Below, one piece after another: positions 51,746 through 61,801 of a stretch of 64,000 nt of DNA. Source of the DNA: Vulcanimicrobiota bacterium (GTDB taxonomy: Bacteria > Vulcanimicrobiota > Vulcanimicrobiia > Vulcanimicrobiales > Vulcanimicrobiaceae). Under the pieces are notes generated by a model, which was not told where the DNA came from, searched no databases, and was given only the letters and a program-made list of their open reading frames with translations. The translations under genes were made by a program, and so were the position numbers. The stretch lies in the NCBI GenBank assembly GCA_963844735.1, contig CAWJPK010000003.1, forward strand, positions 123,640 to 187,639. The letters are read 5' to 3'. Positions within the stretch are counted from its first letter, which is position 1. Every line of letters starts with the position of its first letter.

Positions 51746-52144
51746 TTAGCGCGCTGCCTTGGCTTCGAGACGCTTCGCGAGGCGCGCGACGTCGACGATC
51801 ATGCGTTCGTGCGTCCCCTCGCCGATTGGTTCGTTCTCGTCTTTGGCGCGGACGTTGAATTCGAGCCGGCGCCCGTCAACATGCGTGACTTCGGCTTCGC
51901 CGGTGACGTGCATGCCGACCGGCGTGGCGGCGAGATGCTTGATGTCGACACGCGTTCCGACTGCGCTTTCGCCGGGCTCGAGATATGCTTTGATCGCGTT
52001 GAGCGCAGCGTTTTCCATCACCATGATCATAACGGGCGTCGCCAGCACCGGCGGCAGCGTCGCGTCCTTGAAGCGGCTGGCGAGGTGGTCGGGCTTTACC
52101 TCGAGCGTGAAAGTGCCTTTCGCGCCGAGTGGTATCGATTTCAG
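51746..52144 (-). CDS. Hotdog-fold thioesterase (FlK-like) with a probable CTG start
   Basis: VLATPVMIMVMENAALNAI..HLAATPVG..EGTHERMIV. The conserved N-terminus GAKGTFTLEV precedes any canonical start. CTG 52144 overlaps the upstream TGA (CTGA) and gives a 132-aa product. Confidence 0.7.
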   Translation of the reverse strand: MKSIPLGAKGTFTLEVKPDHLASRFKDATLPPVLATPVMIMVMENAALNAIKAYLEPGESAVGTRVDIKHLAATPVGMHVTGEAEVTHVDGRRLEFNVRAKDENEPIGEGTHERMIVDVARLAKRLEAKAAR

Positions 52145-53025
52145 ACCTTGAGCTCGACCTTCTCGAGTGCGCTCTTCATCGACACGACGTGGTGATTGAG
52201 GCGCAGCTCTTCGGGTGAGAATCCGAATGCGAGTCCAAGTAATTGCGGCAGATGGAAGATCGGCGTTTCGATCGGCCTCGAGAGCGCGAGCGCGGCATCG
52301 GGCTGTTGTCCATCCAAATTCAGATGGCAAAGCGGGCACGGCGTGACCAGCGCGTCTGCGCCCTTATCCTTGGCTTCGAGAATGTGGTTGCCGCCCATCG
52401 CAAGCGATTTCTCGCGGTTGAACGTAAGCATCGGAAAGCCGCAGCATTTTCCGGAGCCGGTGTACTCAACTTTCTCGGCACCGAGCAACTCGATCAATTG
52501 CTCGAGATACGTCTTGCGTTCCGGACGCTCTTTGAGACCGAGCGAATCGGTCGGACGCAAAATGTAACAGCCGTAGAACGGGGCGATCTTGAGGCCTGTC
52601 AGTTTGCGTTTGATCGCCGATTTGAGTTTGTCGACACCGATGTCTTCGAACAGCAACCACAAGAGATGCTTGACCGTGGTCCCGCCTTTGTAGGTGTAAC
52701 CTTGGTCGGCGATCGTCGCGTTGGCTTTTTCGAGCCGCTCGGGTTTCTTTTCGAATGTGTGATTGACGCTGGATAGCACGCCTTGGCAGGTGCTGCAAAT
52801 CGTCATCAACGTGCCGCCCATGCTTTCCGCCATCGCGAGCGTCAAGGCGTTGAGCGAATCGCCGAGATCCGGATTCTGTTCGCTGAGCACACCCGCGCCG
52901 GTGCACGGCGCTTCGACGAGCTCTTGCAGCTCAAGTCCCAACGATCCGGCGATTTTGGTCGCCGAAACGTAGAGCTCCGGGCACGCGCCCTTTGAGACGC
53001 AGCCGGGATGAAACGCGACTTTCAC
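52141..53025 (-). CDS. CCG-domain (HdrB-like) subunit of a non-classical succinate:quinone oxidoreductase / fumarate reductase
   Basis: Two Cys-rich CCG-type motifs (..GKCCGFP..). GTGA overlap with sdhB. Confidence 0.75.
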   Translation of the reverse strand: MKVAFHPGCVSKGACPELYVSATKIAGSLGLELQELVEAPCTGAGVLSEQNPDLGDSLNALTLAMAESMGGTLMTICSTCQGVLSSVNHTFEKKPERLEKANATIADQGYTYKGGTTVKHLLWLLFEDIGVDKLKSAIKRKLTGLKIAPFYGCYILRPTDSLGLKERPERKTYLEQLIELLGAEKVEYTGSGKCCGFPMLTFNREKSLAMGGNHILEAKDKGADALVTPCPLCHLNLDGQQPDAALALSRPIETPIFHLPQLLGLAFGFSPEELRLNHHVVSMKSALEKVELKV

Positions 53026-54029
53026 TTGAACCTTCCTCCAACGCGATCGAAGATCGCTTTAATGCGTTTGACGCCAGGGATCGTTTTGTGAATGATCGGC
53101 GGCAGTTTCCCGGCGCGAATCATATTGAACGCGCTCGGCAACGTTGCGAGCTGTCCGAAGATATTGAAGAAGCCGACCGATTTCGGCAACAGCGTCAGCT
53201 CGTTAAGCCGTCCGCTGTGCTTGACGGATTCGGCGAACGCATCAGCGTGGCGCGCTCCGGCATTGTGCGTGTATCCGGCGTCGACGGCCATGCGGCGCAG
53301 CTTGAGAATTTGTTCGAGCGGCTCGACGCCTTTGGGGCATTGCTGGACGCATTCGAAACAGTGCGTGCAATCCCAAATCCCGCCGTCCTTACTATAATCG
53401 CCCAGACGCTCTTGCGTCTGTGCGTCGCGCGGATCGGCCGCATAGCGATAGGCTTTTGCGAGCGCGTGCGGTCCCAAGAAATCTTTGTTGACCGCGAACG
53501 ACTCACAGTCCATTAGGCAGCATCCGCAGCTGATGCACGTGACTTCCTGAATGAGCTCTTCCATCGCTTCGTTCGCGACGCGATACTCTTGCATCGGCGG
53601 TGGAAGCGGCTTGTTCTCGAGCCACGGCGTGACGCGGCGGTGTTTCTCCCAGAAGGGCTTCATGTCCCAAACGAGATCGCGAATCACCGGCATCGACGGG
53701 GGTGACTCGACGCGCGTCTTGCCATCTTTCGTGTATTCTTGCAGCTTGCTCTTACACGCGAGGTTCGCGTGACCGTTCACCCACATCGCGCACGATCCGC
53801 AAATCGCGCTGCGGCAGGCGCAGCGTACGGCAACCGACTCGTCCTGATATTCGCGGATCTCGATCAGCGCGTCGAGGACGACGGCGTGTTCCGGAAGATC
53901 GACTTCGTACGTTTGATAGCGCCGCGGCGGAGCGGACGCCCAGGGCGCGGGATAAGGCGCGCCTTGCACGGCGTTTTCCGCATACGTCCCTTCGGGGTTG
54001 TAGCGTCCGACCTCGATCGTGAACTTCAT
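53022..54029 (-). CDS. sdhB: Succinate dehydrogenase / fumarate reductase iron-sulfur subunit with a C-terminal extension
   Basis: Starts at MKFTIEV.. Cluster motifs CRSAICGSC, CISCGCCLMDC and CTHCFECVQQCP. The ATG shares one nt with the sdhA TGA. Confidence 0.85.
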   Translation of the reverse strand: MKFTIEVGRYNPEGTYAENAVQGAPYPAPWASAPPRRYQTYEVDLPEHAVVLDALIEIREYQDESVAVRCACRSAICGSCAMWVNGHANLACKSKLQEYTKDGKTRVESPPSMPVIRDLVWDMKPFWEKHRRVTPWLENKPLPPPMQEYRVANEAMEELIQEVTCISCGCCLMDCESFAVNKDFLGPHALAKAYRYAADPRDAQTQERLGDYSKDGGIWDCTHCFECVQQCPKGVEPLEQILKLRRMAVDAGYTHNAGARHADAFAESVKHSGRLNELTLLPKSVGFFNIFGQLATLPSAFNMIRAGKLPPIIHKTIPGVKRIKAIFDRVGGRFK

Positions 54030-55708
54030 CAGTACGTGCGAGCCTCCGGCTTCCATTTGGTGATCGTGACGGGCAGATATGTGATCTCGGGAGCGGCGTG
54101 GCCCTTGTAGTGAACAAGGATGTGCTTGAGCCACTCCGCGTCGTTGCGTGTTGGGTAATCGGTACGCGCTTGCGCGCCGCGGCTTTCCTTGCGTAGGATC
54201 GCGCTGCGAATGATCGTCTCGGCGACGTCGATCATGTAGCCGAGCTCAAGTGCGAACGTCAAGGCTTGATTGTAGACGCGGCCTTTATCGCCGACCGCAA
54301 TCGTCGTGTAGCGCTTCGCAATGTCTTGCTGCTTGACGAGCGCTTCACCCAGGCCCGCTTCGTCACGGTAAACGCCGACGTATTCGTCCATCAGTGTTGC
54401 GAGCTCGAGCCGCAACCGTGCATGCGTCTCACCGGTGTACGGACGCGCGAGCAGATCGGCGATGCGTGTTTGTTCCGATTGGAGCAGCTCTTCGCCGCCC
54501 TTGGAATCGGGAACCGTCTTCACGTACGCCGCGGCGTGCTTGCCGGACCGGCGCCCGAACACGATTGTATCGAGCAGTGAGTTTGCGCCGAGCCGATTGC
54601 CGCCGTGCACGCTTACGCAAGCGACTTCGCCTGCTGCGTACAGACCCGGAACCGGCGTCTGTCCGTCGCTGTCGGTCTTCACGCCGCCCATCTGATAGTG
54701 CATGCCGGGCCGAACCGGAATCGGATCTTTGAGCATGTCCAGGCCCAAATAGTCGAGTGCCATCTCGTGAACTTGCGGCAGCTTTTTGAGTACGATCTCG
54801 GGGCCAAGATGGCGCAGGTCGAGTAGGACGTTGCCGTCGATGCCGCGGCCCGCCGCGATCTCCGTTGCTTCCGAGCGGGAGACGACGTCGCGCGACGCAA
54901 GCTCCATCATCTTGGGCGCGTATGTCTTCATGAAGCGCTCGCCCTCGGAATTCAAGAGGTATGCGCCTTCGCCACGCGCGGCTTCCGTCATCAGGAATCC
55001 ACTGCCGGCGAGCGTTGTCGGATGGTATTGCACCATCTCCATGTCCATGAGGGGCGCGCCTGCGCGATACGCGAGACCGTAACCGTCGCCGGTGCAGATG
55101 AGCGCGTTCGTGCTCGGCTCGTAAAGACGGCCGACACCGCCCGCGCCGTCAATGACGGCCTTGGCGCGCAAGAGATGAAGCTCGCCCGTGATCATCTCGA
55201 TCGCGACGACGCCGCGGCAGCGCCCGTCTTCCATATAAAGCGATGTCGCAAACCATTCTTCGTAGACTTTCACGCGGGCCTTGAGGATCTGATCGTAGAG
55301 CGTCACTAAGAGCGCTTGGCCTGTGATGTCGCCGACGAAGTACGTCCGCGCTTTCGATGCGCCGCCGAATGCGCGCGTGCCGAGCTTCCCTTCCTTGTCG
55401 CGATAGAAGATGACGCCCATGTGTTCGAATTCCATGACGTCGGCGGGTGCCTCACGGCACATGATCTCGACGGCGTCCTGGTCGGCTAGGTAGTCGCTTC
55501 CCTTGATCGTGTCAAAGGCGTGCGACTCCCACGTATCGCCCTCGCCGATCGCGGCGTTGATCCCGCCCTGCGCAGCGTTCGAGTGACTGCGCAGCGGGTG
55601 GACCTTGGTGACGACGGCAACGTTGGCGCCGCTTCGTGCGGCCTCGAGCGCCGCCCGCATCCCGGCAAGGCCGGCACCCAGGACAACGATGTCGTGATCG
55701 GTTATCAC
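54029..55708 (-). CDS. sdhA: Succinate dehydrogenase / fumarate reductase flavoprotein subunit
   Basis: [26 protein letters not shown] and RGEG motifs. GTG start preceded by GAGGAGG. Confidence 0.9.
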   Translation of the reverse strand: MITDHDIVVLGAGLAGMRAALEAARSGANVAVVTKVHPLRSHSNAAQGGINAAIGEGDTWESHAFDTIKGSDYLADQDAVEIMCREAPADVMEFEHMGVIFYRDKEGKLGTRAFGGASKARTYFVGDITGQALLVTLYDQILKARVKVYEEWFATSLYMEDGRCRGVVAIEMITGELHLLRAKAVIDGAGGVGRLYEPSTNALICTGDGYGLAYRAGAPLMDMEMVQYHPTTLAGSGFLMTEAARGEGAYLLNSEGERFMKTYAPKMMELASRDVVSRSEATEIAAGRGIDGNVLLDLRHLGPEIVLKKLPQVHEMALDYLGLDMLKDPIPVRPGMHYQMGGVKTDSDGQTPVPGLYAAGEVACVSVHGGNRLGANSLLDTIVFGRRSGKHAAAYVKTVPDSKGGEELLQSEQTRIADLLARPYTGETHARLRLELATLMDEYVGVYRDEAGLGEALVKQQDIAKRYTTIAVGDKGRVYNQALTFALELGYMIDVAETIIRSAILRKESRGAQARTDYPTRNDAEWLKHILVHYKGHAAPEITYLPVTITKWKPEARTY

Positions 55709-55740
55709 GCGGGGGACCTCCTCGTCTCGAAAACGACGGG

Positions 55741-55746
55741 ATTATA
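55741..55746 (-). promoter_or_regulatory. Possible -10 box upstream of sdhA
   Basis: On the minus strand this reads TATAAT, about 35 nt upstream of the GTG. There is no convincing -35 box. Confidence 0.25.
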
Positions 55747-55798
55747 TACCCGCGCAGTGCTTCGTTCCTATGACGTATGAATGAGGCGACGCGTCCGG

Positions 55799-56404
55799 CT
55801 ACGGTTTTCCGGTGAGCGCCTCCCGCATCCGGTGCTTGGTATACGTCGCTTCGAGCGGCGGGATGACCAGCTTCGCCTTGTCCGGCAAGATTTTTACGAC
55901 CGTGAAAACAGGTCCGTCGGCCCCTCGAATCTTCGGGAGCGCTGCGTCGAGCTCGGCTTGCGAATACACCGTTTCGGCATTCCGTATTCCGCATGCGCGG
56001 GCGACTGCCGCGAGATCGACGCCGCGCCCGGTGTGGGTCGGCTGTGCGCCGGTTTCAAGGTAGACCTCGTTGTCGAGGACGACGATCGACAGATTTTTCG
56101 GGGCTGCAACGCCGATCGTCGCCAGAATTCCGAGCGCCATCAGCAGCTCGCCGTCGCCGGTGATCACGAGCGTGCGTTTTTTCGGCTGCGCGAGCGCAAG
56201 GCCCAGACCGATCGCGGCCGCGCTTCCCATCGCACCGTTCAAATAGAAGTTCATCGGATGATCGCCGGCGGCGGCGAGATCCCAGCACGGGCTTCCGATG
56301 CCGGAGACGGCGAGCAGATCGTTACCGCGATTGGCAACAAGTGCGTTCACGACGTCGCGGCGTGCCAGCGAGATTTTCGATTTGGTTTGTGTCGTTGTCG
56401 TCAT
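55799..56404 (-). CDS. TPP-dependent decarboxylase beta subunit (sulfopyruvate/phosphonopyruvate decarboxylase-like, ComE-type)
   Basis: TPP-binding motif GDGELLMALG..VVLDNE. ATGA overlap with the alpha subunit gene. Confidence 0.7.
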   Translation of the reverse strand: MTTTTQTKSKISLARRDVVNALVANRGNDLLAVSGIGSPCWDLAAAGDHPMNFYLNGAMGSAAAIGLGLALAQPKKRTLVITGDGELLMALGILATIGVAAPKNLSIVVLDNEVYLETGAQPTHTGRGVDLAAVARACGIRNAETVYSQAELDAALPKIRGADGPVFTVVKILPDKAKLVIPPLEATYTKHRMREALTGKP

Positions 56405-56946
56405 GCTGCCACGAATTTCTTGGTACCGATCAACCGCTGCGTCAAGAGAACTGCAACGGGGACCGAGCTATCAAATGCAAGCCATGTTGCGGCTTCGATC
56501 GTAGGCTGAACGTCAGCGGCGTTATCGACTTCGTAAACGATCACGCCCATCGCTTCGAGCACTTCTCGCGTTGCTTGTCCCATCGGGACTTGCCACGGCA
56601 TTCCTTCGCCCCATTGTCCGCGCATCGAGACGATCATCAGGATCGGAAACTTTCCGTGCTTGAGCACGGAGAGCGCGTTCATGCAATTGCCGACGCCGCT
56701 GGATTGAATCAACAGTGCGCCGCGCGTACCACCGAGCCACGAACCGATCAACATGCCGACGCCTTCCTCTTCGGTCGTCAGCGTGACGGTTGACATTTCG
56801 GGATCGGCTTCACAACGCTTGATGAGCTTAGCGTGGCCGCCGTCGGGTACGTGCGCAACGTGGCGCACGTCATTTTCACGGAAGATATCGTAGATTTGGT
56901 CGCGCCAATCGGTCGCGCCGTTCGTTGTCGTTGTCATGCTACGCAT
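56401..56946 (-). CDS. TPP-dependent decarboxylase alpha subunit (ComD-type, pyrimidine-binding domain)
   Basis: TEEEGVGMLIGSWLGG and the typical PYR-domain layout. Confidence 0.7.
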   Translation of the reverse strand: MRSMTTTTNGATDWRDQIYDIFRENDVRHVAHVPDGGHAKLIKRCEADPEMSTVTLTTEEEGVGMLIGSWLGGTRGALLIQSSGVGNCMNALSVLKHGKFPILMIVSMRGQWGEGMPWQVPMGQATREVLEAMGVIVYEVDNAADVQPTIEAATWLAFDSSVPVAVLLTQRLIGTKKFVAA

Positions 56947-57035
56947 GCTCTTTTCTTCTTATGATTGCGGACCCTCGCTCCCCAGATGCATTCCAGCCAA
57001 GTAAGCGACAATGTATCTACTAGGAGGAACGGCCG

Positions 57036-58331
57036 ATGGCTCGTCCGCTTCACAGCTTTATCACAGTTTTGTCGCTGTTTGCCCTCCTTATTGCACCCGC
57101 CGACGCATACGTAGTGCGAGGCTCCATCGTCGTCGCTGCCCATATGAGTTACGACGGTGGCGGCATTAAGATTTCCGACGATGGTTCGCCCGAAACGGGG
57201 GCGCTGCTGAACGCTCCGGTCTTTGCGGGCGACTTCGTGAGGACGTCGACGGGCAATGCCGAGCTCGAGATCGATGCGGCGACCGCAGTCCGGATGGCGC
57301 CGCTTTCGCAGATTTATGTTGCAAGTTTAGACGTGGGCACAACATCGCTCGAAGTCGACGGCGGCACGATCGAGATACACATATTCCAGCCGCGAACCGT
57401 TACCGTGGTCACGCGCTCATCGACAGTCGAGATCACGGAGCCCGGAACGTACCGCATCGAGGTCGTGCCGGGAGTTTCGACGCGCGTTACGGCCAGAGAT
57501 GCGCGGGCAAGTGTCCCACTCCAGGTCGGAGACATCCTTGCGGTGGTTGCGGGAATGTCGTTGCAAGTAAGCGGTACGCGCAAGGATCCGGTGACGGAGT
57601 TTTCCCTCGCGGCAAACGCCGATGAATTCGATCGGTGGAGTGACGAGCGCGACGTTGCTCTCAGTGCCGGCGCGACCGATAAGCGCGTAAACCCGGTTCT
57701 CGGCGCGAGTGAGCTCGAAAACTACGGCCGCTGGATCAACTACAAAGCCGATGGCATGGTGTGGTCACCCGACGCAAACCCGGGTTGGGCGCCGTACACG
57801 ATTGGATCGTGGATGACGTCGCCGGTCTTCGGACCGGTTTGGCTCAGTAGCGAACCGTGGGGCTGGGCCCCATATCATTTCGGTCGCTGGATTTACGACG
57901 ATGAAGACGGCTGGCTGTGGATTCCGGAGCAAAACGTCGTGTCGTGGGAACCGGCACTTGTTGCGCCGATTCCGGGAGTTCCGGTCGAAGCGGCGATCTG
58001 CTGGCGTCCGCTAGGGCCACGCGATATCTACGAACCGTGGTACGACACGACCGAGACAACGATCACTTCGAATATCCAAACGAATAAGAACGGATTGCAC
58101 GTGCCGCCACCGGTACGCAGGTTCGTGCCGCCCGGCTTACCGTTTCTGCACAACCCATCGCTTCGATTCCCCGAATTTCAACGTGGCATTGGCGGAGTGC
58201 GCGGCCGTTCGAGCGGCGGCGGCGCGCGCAGTAGTGGAGGCGGCGGTCGCTCAAGCGGCGGCGGTCACTCGAGCGGTGGCGGTGGCGGCGGCCACTCGGG
58301 GGGTGGTGGTGGTGGCGGCGGCAAGAAGTAA
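57036..58331 (+). CDS. Secreted FecR-like / DUF6600-like protein with a Gly-rich C-terminal tail
   Basis: AGGAGGAA SD and a signal peptide. WGWAPYHFGRW motif. The tail reads GGGARSSGGGGRSSGGGHSSGGGGGGHSGGGGGGGGKK. Confidence 0.7.
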   Translation: MARPLHSFITVLSLFALLIAPADAYVVRGSIVVAAHMSYDGGGIKISDDGSPETGALLNAPVFAGDFVRTSTGNAELEIDAATAVRMAPLSQIYVASLDVGTTSLEVDGGTIEIHIFQPRTVTVVTRSSTVEITEPGTYRIEVVPGVSTRVTARDARASVPLQVGDILAVVAGMSLQVSGTRKDPVTEFSLAANADEFDRWSDERDVALSAGATDKRVNPVLGASELENYGRWINYKADGMVWSPDANPGWAPYTIGSWMTSPVFGPVWLSSEPWGWAPYHFGRWIYDDEDGWLWIPEQNVVSWEPALVAPIPGVPVEAAICWRPLGPRDIYEPWYDTTETTITSNIQTNKNGLHVPPPVRRFVPPGLPFLHNPSLRFPEFQRGIGGVRGRSSGGGARSSGGGGRSSGGGHSSGGGGGGHSGGGGGGGGKK

Positions 58332-58335
58332 GCGC

Positions 58336-58995
58336 TTACGCGCCCGACTTCACCAGATTCGGGTACGTGCGCCGCAGCGCGTCGAGTTTGGGCTTGTCGT
58401 TGTAGACGATGTATGGGTAGTTCGGATTCTTCTGCATGAAGTGTTGATGGTAGGCTTCCGCAGGATAGAACGCGCGCAACGGAACGATTTGCGTCACGAT
58501 CGGGTGTTTGAACACTTTCGTCGCGGTGAGCTCACGGACGTACGCTTCGGAGAGATCGCGCTGCTGCGACGTCGTGTAGAAGATCGCCGAGCGGTATTGC
58601 GTCCCCTCATCCGGACCTTGATAGTTGAGTTCGGTCGGGTCGTGCGCGATCGAAAAATAGACCTTGAGCAATTCTCCGAATGAGATCTTCTCCGGGTCGT
58701 ACGTGATCTCGACGGACTCGGCATGACCGGTCATGCCGGTACTCACCATCTCGTAGTGCGCGGTTGCAGCCGCGCCGCCGGAATAACCCGAGACGACGTT
58801 GCTGACGCCGCGCAGCGATTCGAAGACGCCTTCCATCCCCCAGAAGCACCCGCCGGCAAGGACGATTTTGGCGGTGCTTCCGCTCGCCGGCGCTTGCTCC
58901 GCAGGCGGATCCGGGAAGGCGGCAGCACTCAGCGCGACTACGGCTGCAGCCGCGAGTAAGACGTTCGTCAGAGGGCGCATATTCATCGCTCTCAT
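58336..58995 (-). CDS. msrA: Exported peptide-methionine (S)-S-oxide reductase
   Basis: GGCFWGMEGVF active site. The start is taken at MRAMNMRPLTNVLLAAAAV (signal peptide). Confidence 0.85.
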   Translation of the reverse strand: MRAMNMRPLTNVLLAAAAVVALSAAAFPDPPAEQAPASGSTAKIVLAGGCFWGMEGVFESLRGVSNVVSGYSGGAAATAHYEMVSTGMTGHAESVEITYDPEKISFGELLKVYFSIAHDPTELNYQGPDEGTQYRSAIFYTTSQQRDLSEAYVRELTATKVFKHPIVTQIVPLRAFYPAEAYHQHFMQKNPNYPYIVYNDKPKLDALRRTYPNLVKSGA

Positions 58996-59193
58996 TATCG
59001 CTGCGCCGGCCGAAAAGGTTCCGTAGGGTGCCTTACATCCGGGAGTATCTCCCGAGAAAGACGCGATGAGGCACAGAGCAAGCGTTGGTGATGATACTCG
59101 TTGCCCGGTGCGGCGCGCTTTTGATATCATGTCAACAAATGTCGCAAATGCGTCAGCGCCCAATCGCGATCAGCGTCGATTGTCGCTGGGTCG

Positions 59194-60108
59194 ATGGCGT
59201 CAACGGCTACGGCTGATGCACGCTTCATCGTGAATCGCCAGGCGTTCGTTTTCGCTACGCTCGCTTCGCCGTTCGTGTGCGCGTCTGCCGCGCGTGCGCA
59301 AGACGTCGATCTGAAACTGGCCCAAATCGAAGAAGCGAGCGGTGGGCGCTTAGGCGTCGCGGTCTTCGATGCGCACGGTATGCAGCGCGTGAGCTATCGT
59401 CCGGGCGAACGTTTTCGGATGTGCAGCACGTTCAAGTTACTTGCGGTCGCCGACGTCTTGTCGCGGGTCGACGCCGGAACGCTGAGTCTCGAACGTCGCG
59501 TGCATTACGCGGAAGGCGATTTGCTCGAGTATGCGCCGGTCACGCGAGCGAACGTAAGCCGTGGATGGATGACCTTGCGCGATCTGTGCGCGGCGGCGAT
59601 CGAGCTGAGTGACAACGCGGCGGCGAATCTCATTCTCAAACAAATCGGCGGTCCGCCCGGTGCGACCCGCTACGCGCGTGGCATCGGCGATCGATTCACG
59701 CGCCTCGATCGCGTCGAACCGTTTCTGAACAGGGGAGTACCGGGCGATCCGCGCGACACGACCACGCCCGAAGCGATGGGATTCGACGCATATCGCTTGC
59801 TGGTGCGCGATGTTTTGAGCACGAGCTCGCGCGCGCTGCTCGCCGATTGGATGCGCCGCTCGACGACGGGTCTCAATTTGTTGCGCGCCGGATTCCCGGC
59901 GTCGTGGCGAGTCGGCGACAAGACAGGACTCGGAGGAGGGCACACTCCGAGCGGCGATAGCGACACGCGCAACGACGTTGCAATCGTTTGGCCGCCGGGA
60001 CGCTCACCGTTCATCGCTTCCGTGTATCTTACCGGTGTGACGGTCGCTGCGCAGCAGCGTGACGCGACGCTCGCGGAAGTTGCGCGGACGATCGTCGCCG
60101 TCGTCTAG
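59194..60108 (+). CDS. Class A beta-lactamase
   Basis: STFK, SDN, EP..N and KTG motifs occur in the canonical order. Confidence 0.85.
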   Translation: MASTATADARFIVNRQAFVFATLASPFVCASAARAQDVDLKLAQIEEASGGRLGVAVFDAHGMQRVSYRPGERFRMCSTFKLLAVADVLSRVDAGTLSLERRVHYAEGDLLEYAPVTRANVSRGWMTLRDLCAAAIELSDNAAANLILKQIGGPPGATRYARGIGDRFTRLDRVEPFLNRGVPGDPRDTTTPEAMGFDAYRLLVRDVLSTSSRALLADWMRRSTTGLNLLRAGFPASWRVGDKTGLGGGHTPSGDSDTRNDVAIVWPPGRSPFIASVYLTGVTVAAQQRDATLAEVARTIVAVV

Positions 60109-60190
60109 GGCGCCCTCGCTCCAATCGACAACGATTCGATCTTCATCGAACTATCAGCGGAGCGTGATGCCAAGTTGAGAAGGCACGCGC

Positions 60191-61234
60191 GTGAAGAAAT
60201 GGGTTATGTCCTTTGCCGCGACGGCGGCACTTTCGATATCGACATCTGCAGCCACGCCGGCTTTCGATCCCGGCCCTTATCTCAGCGCTCAGCGATTGAT
60301 CGACATCGGCGGTCGTCGCCTCAATATCTACTGCGCGGGCAATGGCTCGCCGACGGTCGTTTTCGATTCGGGGCTGGGTGGATCAACGGCAGATTGGGCC
60401 CTAGTTCAAGGCGCGATTGCTCGCAAGACACGCGCTTGCGCGTACGATCGTGCCGGGATGGGATTCAGCGATGCTGCAACCTCACCACGCACCGCCGATG
60501 CCGAGGTCGGCGATTTGCATTCCCTCCTGACTCACGCGCACATCGCTCCGCCTTACGTTCTCGTCGGTCATTCGATCGCCGGCTTATACGATCGCGTTTA
60601 TGTGGACCGTCACCCACGCGAAGTCGCCGGCATGGTGCTCGTGGACCCCGGATTCCCCTATCAGATTCAGCAACAGGCAAAGGTCTCGTCGCGTTACGCG
60701 CGTTTCTTCGCATCGCAAGGTGAGCTTTTCGAAAAATGCGCCCGAGCAGCGGCGGCGCACAAACTCACGGCCGGCACGCCGCTCTTCAAACAATGCGGGC
60801 TTCTGAATCCGAACGACCTTCGCAAACAGTGCGAAAAGGACGGTCTTGCGCTGTGCAAGATCGACGTTCTGCAAAACGATCAAGCGCGTTCGCCGGCGCT
60901 TTGGGAGGCAATCGCCTCGGAATTCTCCGCGTTCAGCACCGTGAGCTCAAATCAGGTGACAAAGGAACAACGTGATTATGGTCGGATGCCGCTGGCCGTT
61001 CTCACCCGCGGAAAGACGGGCTTCCGAAGTCCGAGAACCGGAATCACAAAAGGTGAAGATCGGGCGTTGTGGCGAGAGTGGAAACTCGAGCACGACCGCA
61101 TAGCTGAGCTATCATCCATAGGGACCGACAACGTCGTTGCGAATGCAGGCCATTACATTCAAATAGATCGGCCTGCCGCAGTCATCGCGGCGGTTGACAA
61201 GGTCGTCGACGAGGTACGTTCGCTGCAACGCTGA
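60191..61234 (+). CDS. Secreted alpha/beta hydrolase
   Basis: Signal peptide, nucleophile elbow GHSIAG and a late His (NAGHYIQ). Confidence 0.75.
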   Translation: MKKWVMSFAATAALSISTSAATPAFDPGPYLSAQRLIDIGGRRLNIYCAGNGSPTVVFDSGLGGSTADWALVQGAIARKTRACAYDRAGMGFSDAATSPRTADAEVGDLHSLLTHAHIAPPYVLVGHSIAGLYDRVYVDRHPREVAGMVLVDPGFPYQIQQQAKVSSRYARFFASQGELFEKCARAAAAHKLTAGTPLFKQCGLLNPNDLRKQCEKDGLALCKIDVLQNDQARSPALWEAIASEFSAFSTVSSNQVTKEQRDYGRMPLAVLTRGKTGFRSPRTGITKGEDRALWREWKLEHDRIAELSSIGTDNVVANAGHYIQIDRPAAVIAAVDKVVDEVRSLQR

Positions 61235-61299
61235 TGCTTGATGGCCTTTGCGTCGTACGCTAAGGATGACAGGCTGGGCTCAGCGCGAACGGCGCACTC

Positions 61300-61779
61300 A
61301 TGGTTTCCGATGTCGATCCCAGAGTTCGCTCAGTGCTCGAGACAATCGACGTGCCGTGGGAGATCGTGGCGTGCGATCCCGCGCTGGCCGATACGGCGAA
61401 TTTCGTGCAGGCTTACGGCTATTCGCTCGAAGATTCCGCAAACACGATCGTCGTGATCGGGAAAGGCGATCCGCCGCGCTATGTCGCGTGCGTCGTTCTC
61501 GCCAACACGCGGCTCGACGTGAATCGCGCGGTGAAGCAGAAGATCGGTGCACGCGCGTCGTTCGCATCGGGAGAAGACGTGGAACGCATGACCGGCATGA
61601 CGATCGGCGGCGTGACGCCGATCGGGATCACCGACATCCCGATTTGGGTCGATGCACGCGTGATGACGCGCGAGAAGATCATTTTGGGCGGCGGGAATCG
61701 ATCGAGCAAAATTCTGACGCCGCCGAGCATCTTCCTTGCACTTCCGAACGTGGAGGTGGTCGAGGGGCTTGCGACCTAA
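61300..61779 (+). CDS. YbaK/EbsC-type aminoacyl-tRNA deacylase domain protein
   Basis: ..GMTIGGVTPIG..ILGGGNRSSKI.. is a typical YbaK domain. Confidence 0.75.
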   Translation: MVSDVDPRVRSVLETIDVPWEIVACDPALADTANFVQAYGYSLEDSANTIVVIGKGDPPRYVACVVLANTRLDVNRAVKQKIGARASFASGEDVERMTGMTIGGVTPIGITDIPIWVDARVMTREKIILGGGNRSSKILTPPSIFLALPNVEVVEGLAT

Positions 61780-61801
61780 GCCGGTCGACGTGAGCCGTCC
61801 T

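Noticed and set aside
59194-61234. Beta-lactamase plus hydrolase as a mobile resistance island
   Set aside because: There are no flanking IS elements, integrase, repeats or visible compositional shift. It looks like a chromosomal class A enzyme with ordinary neighbours.
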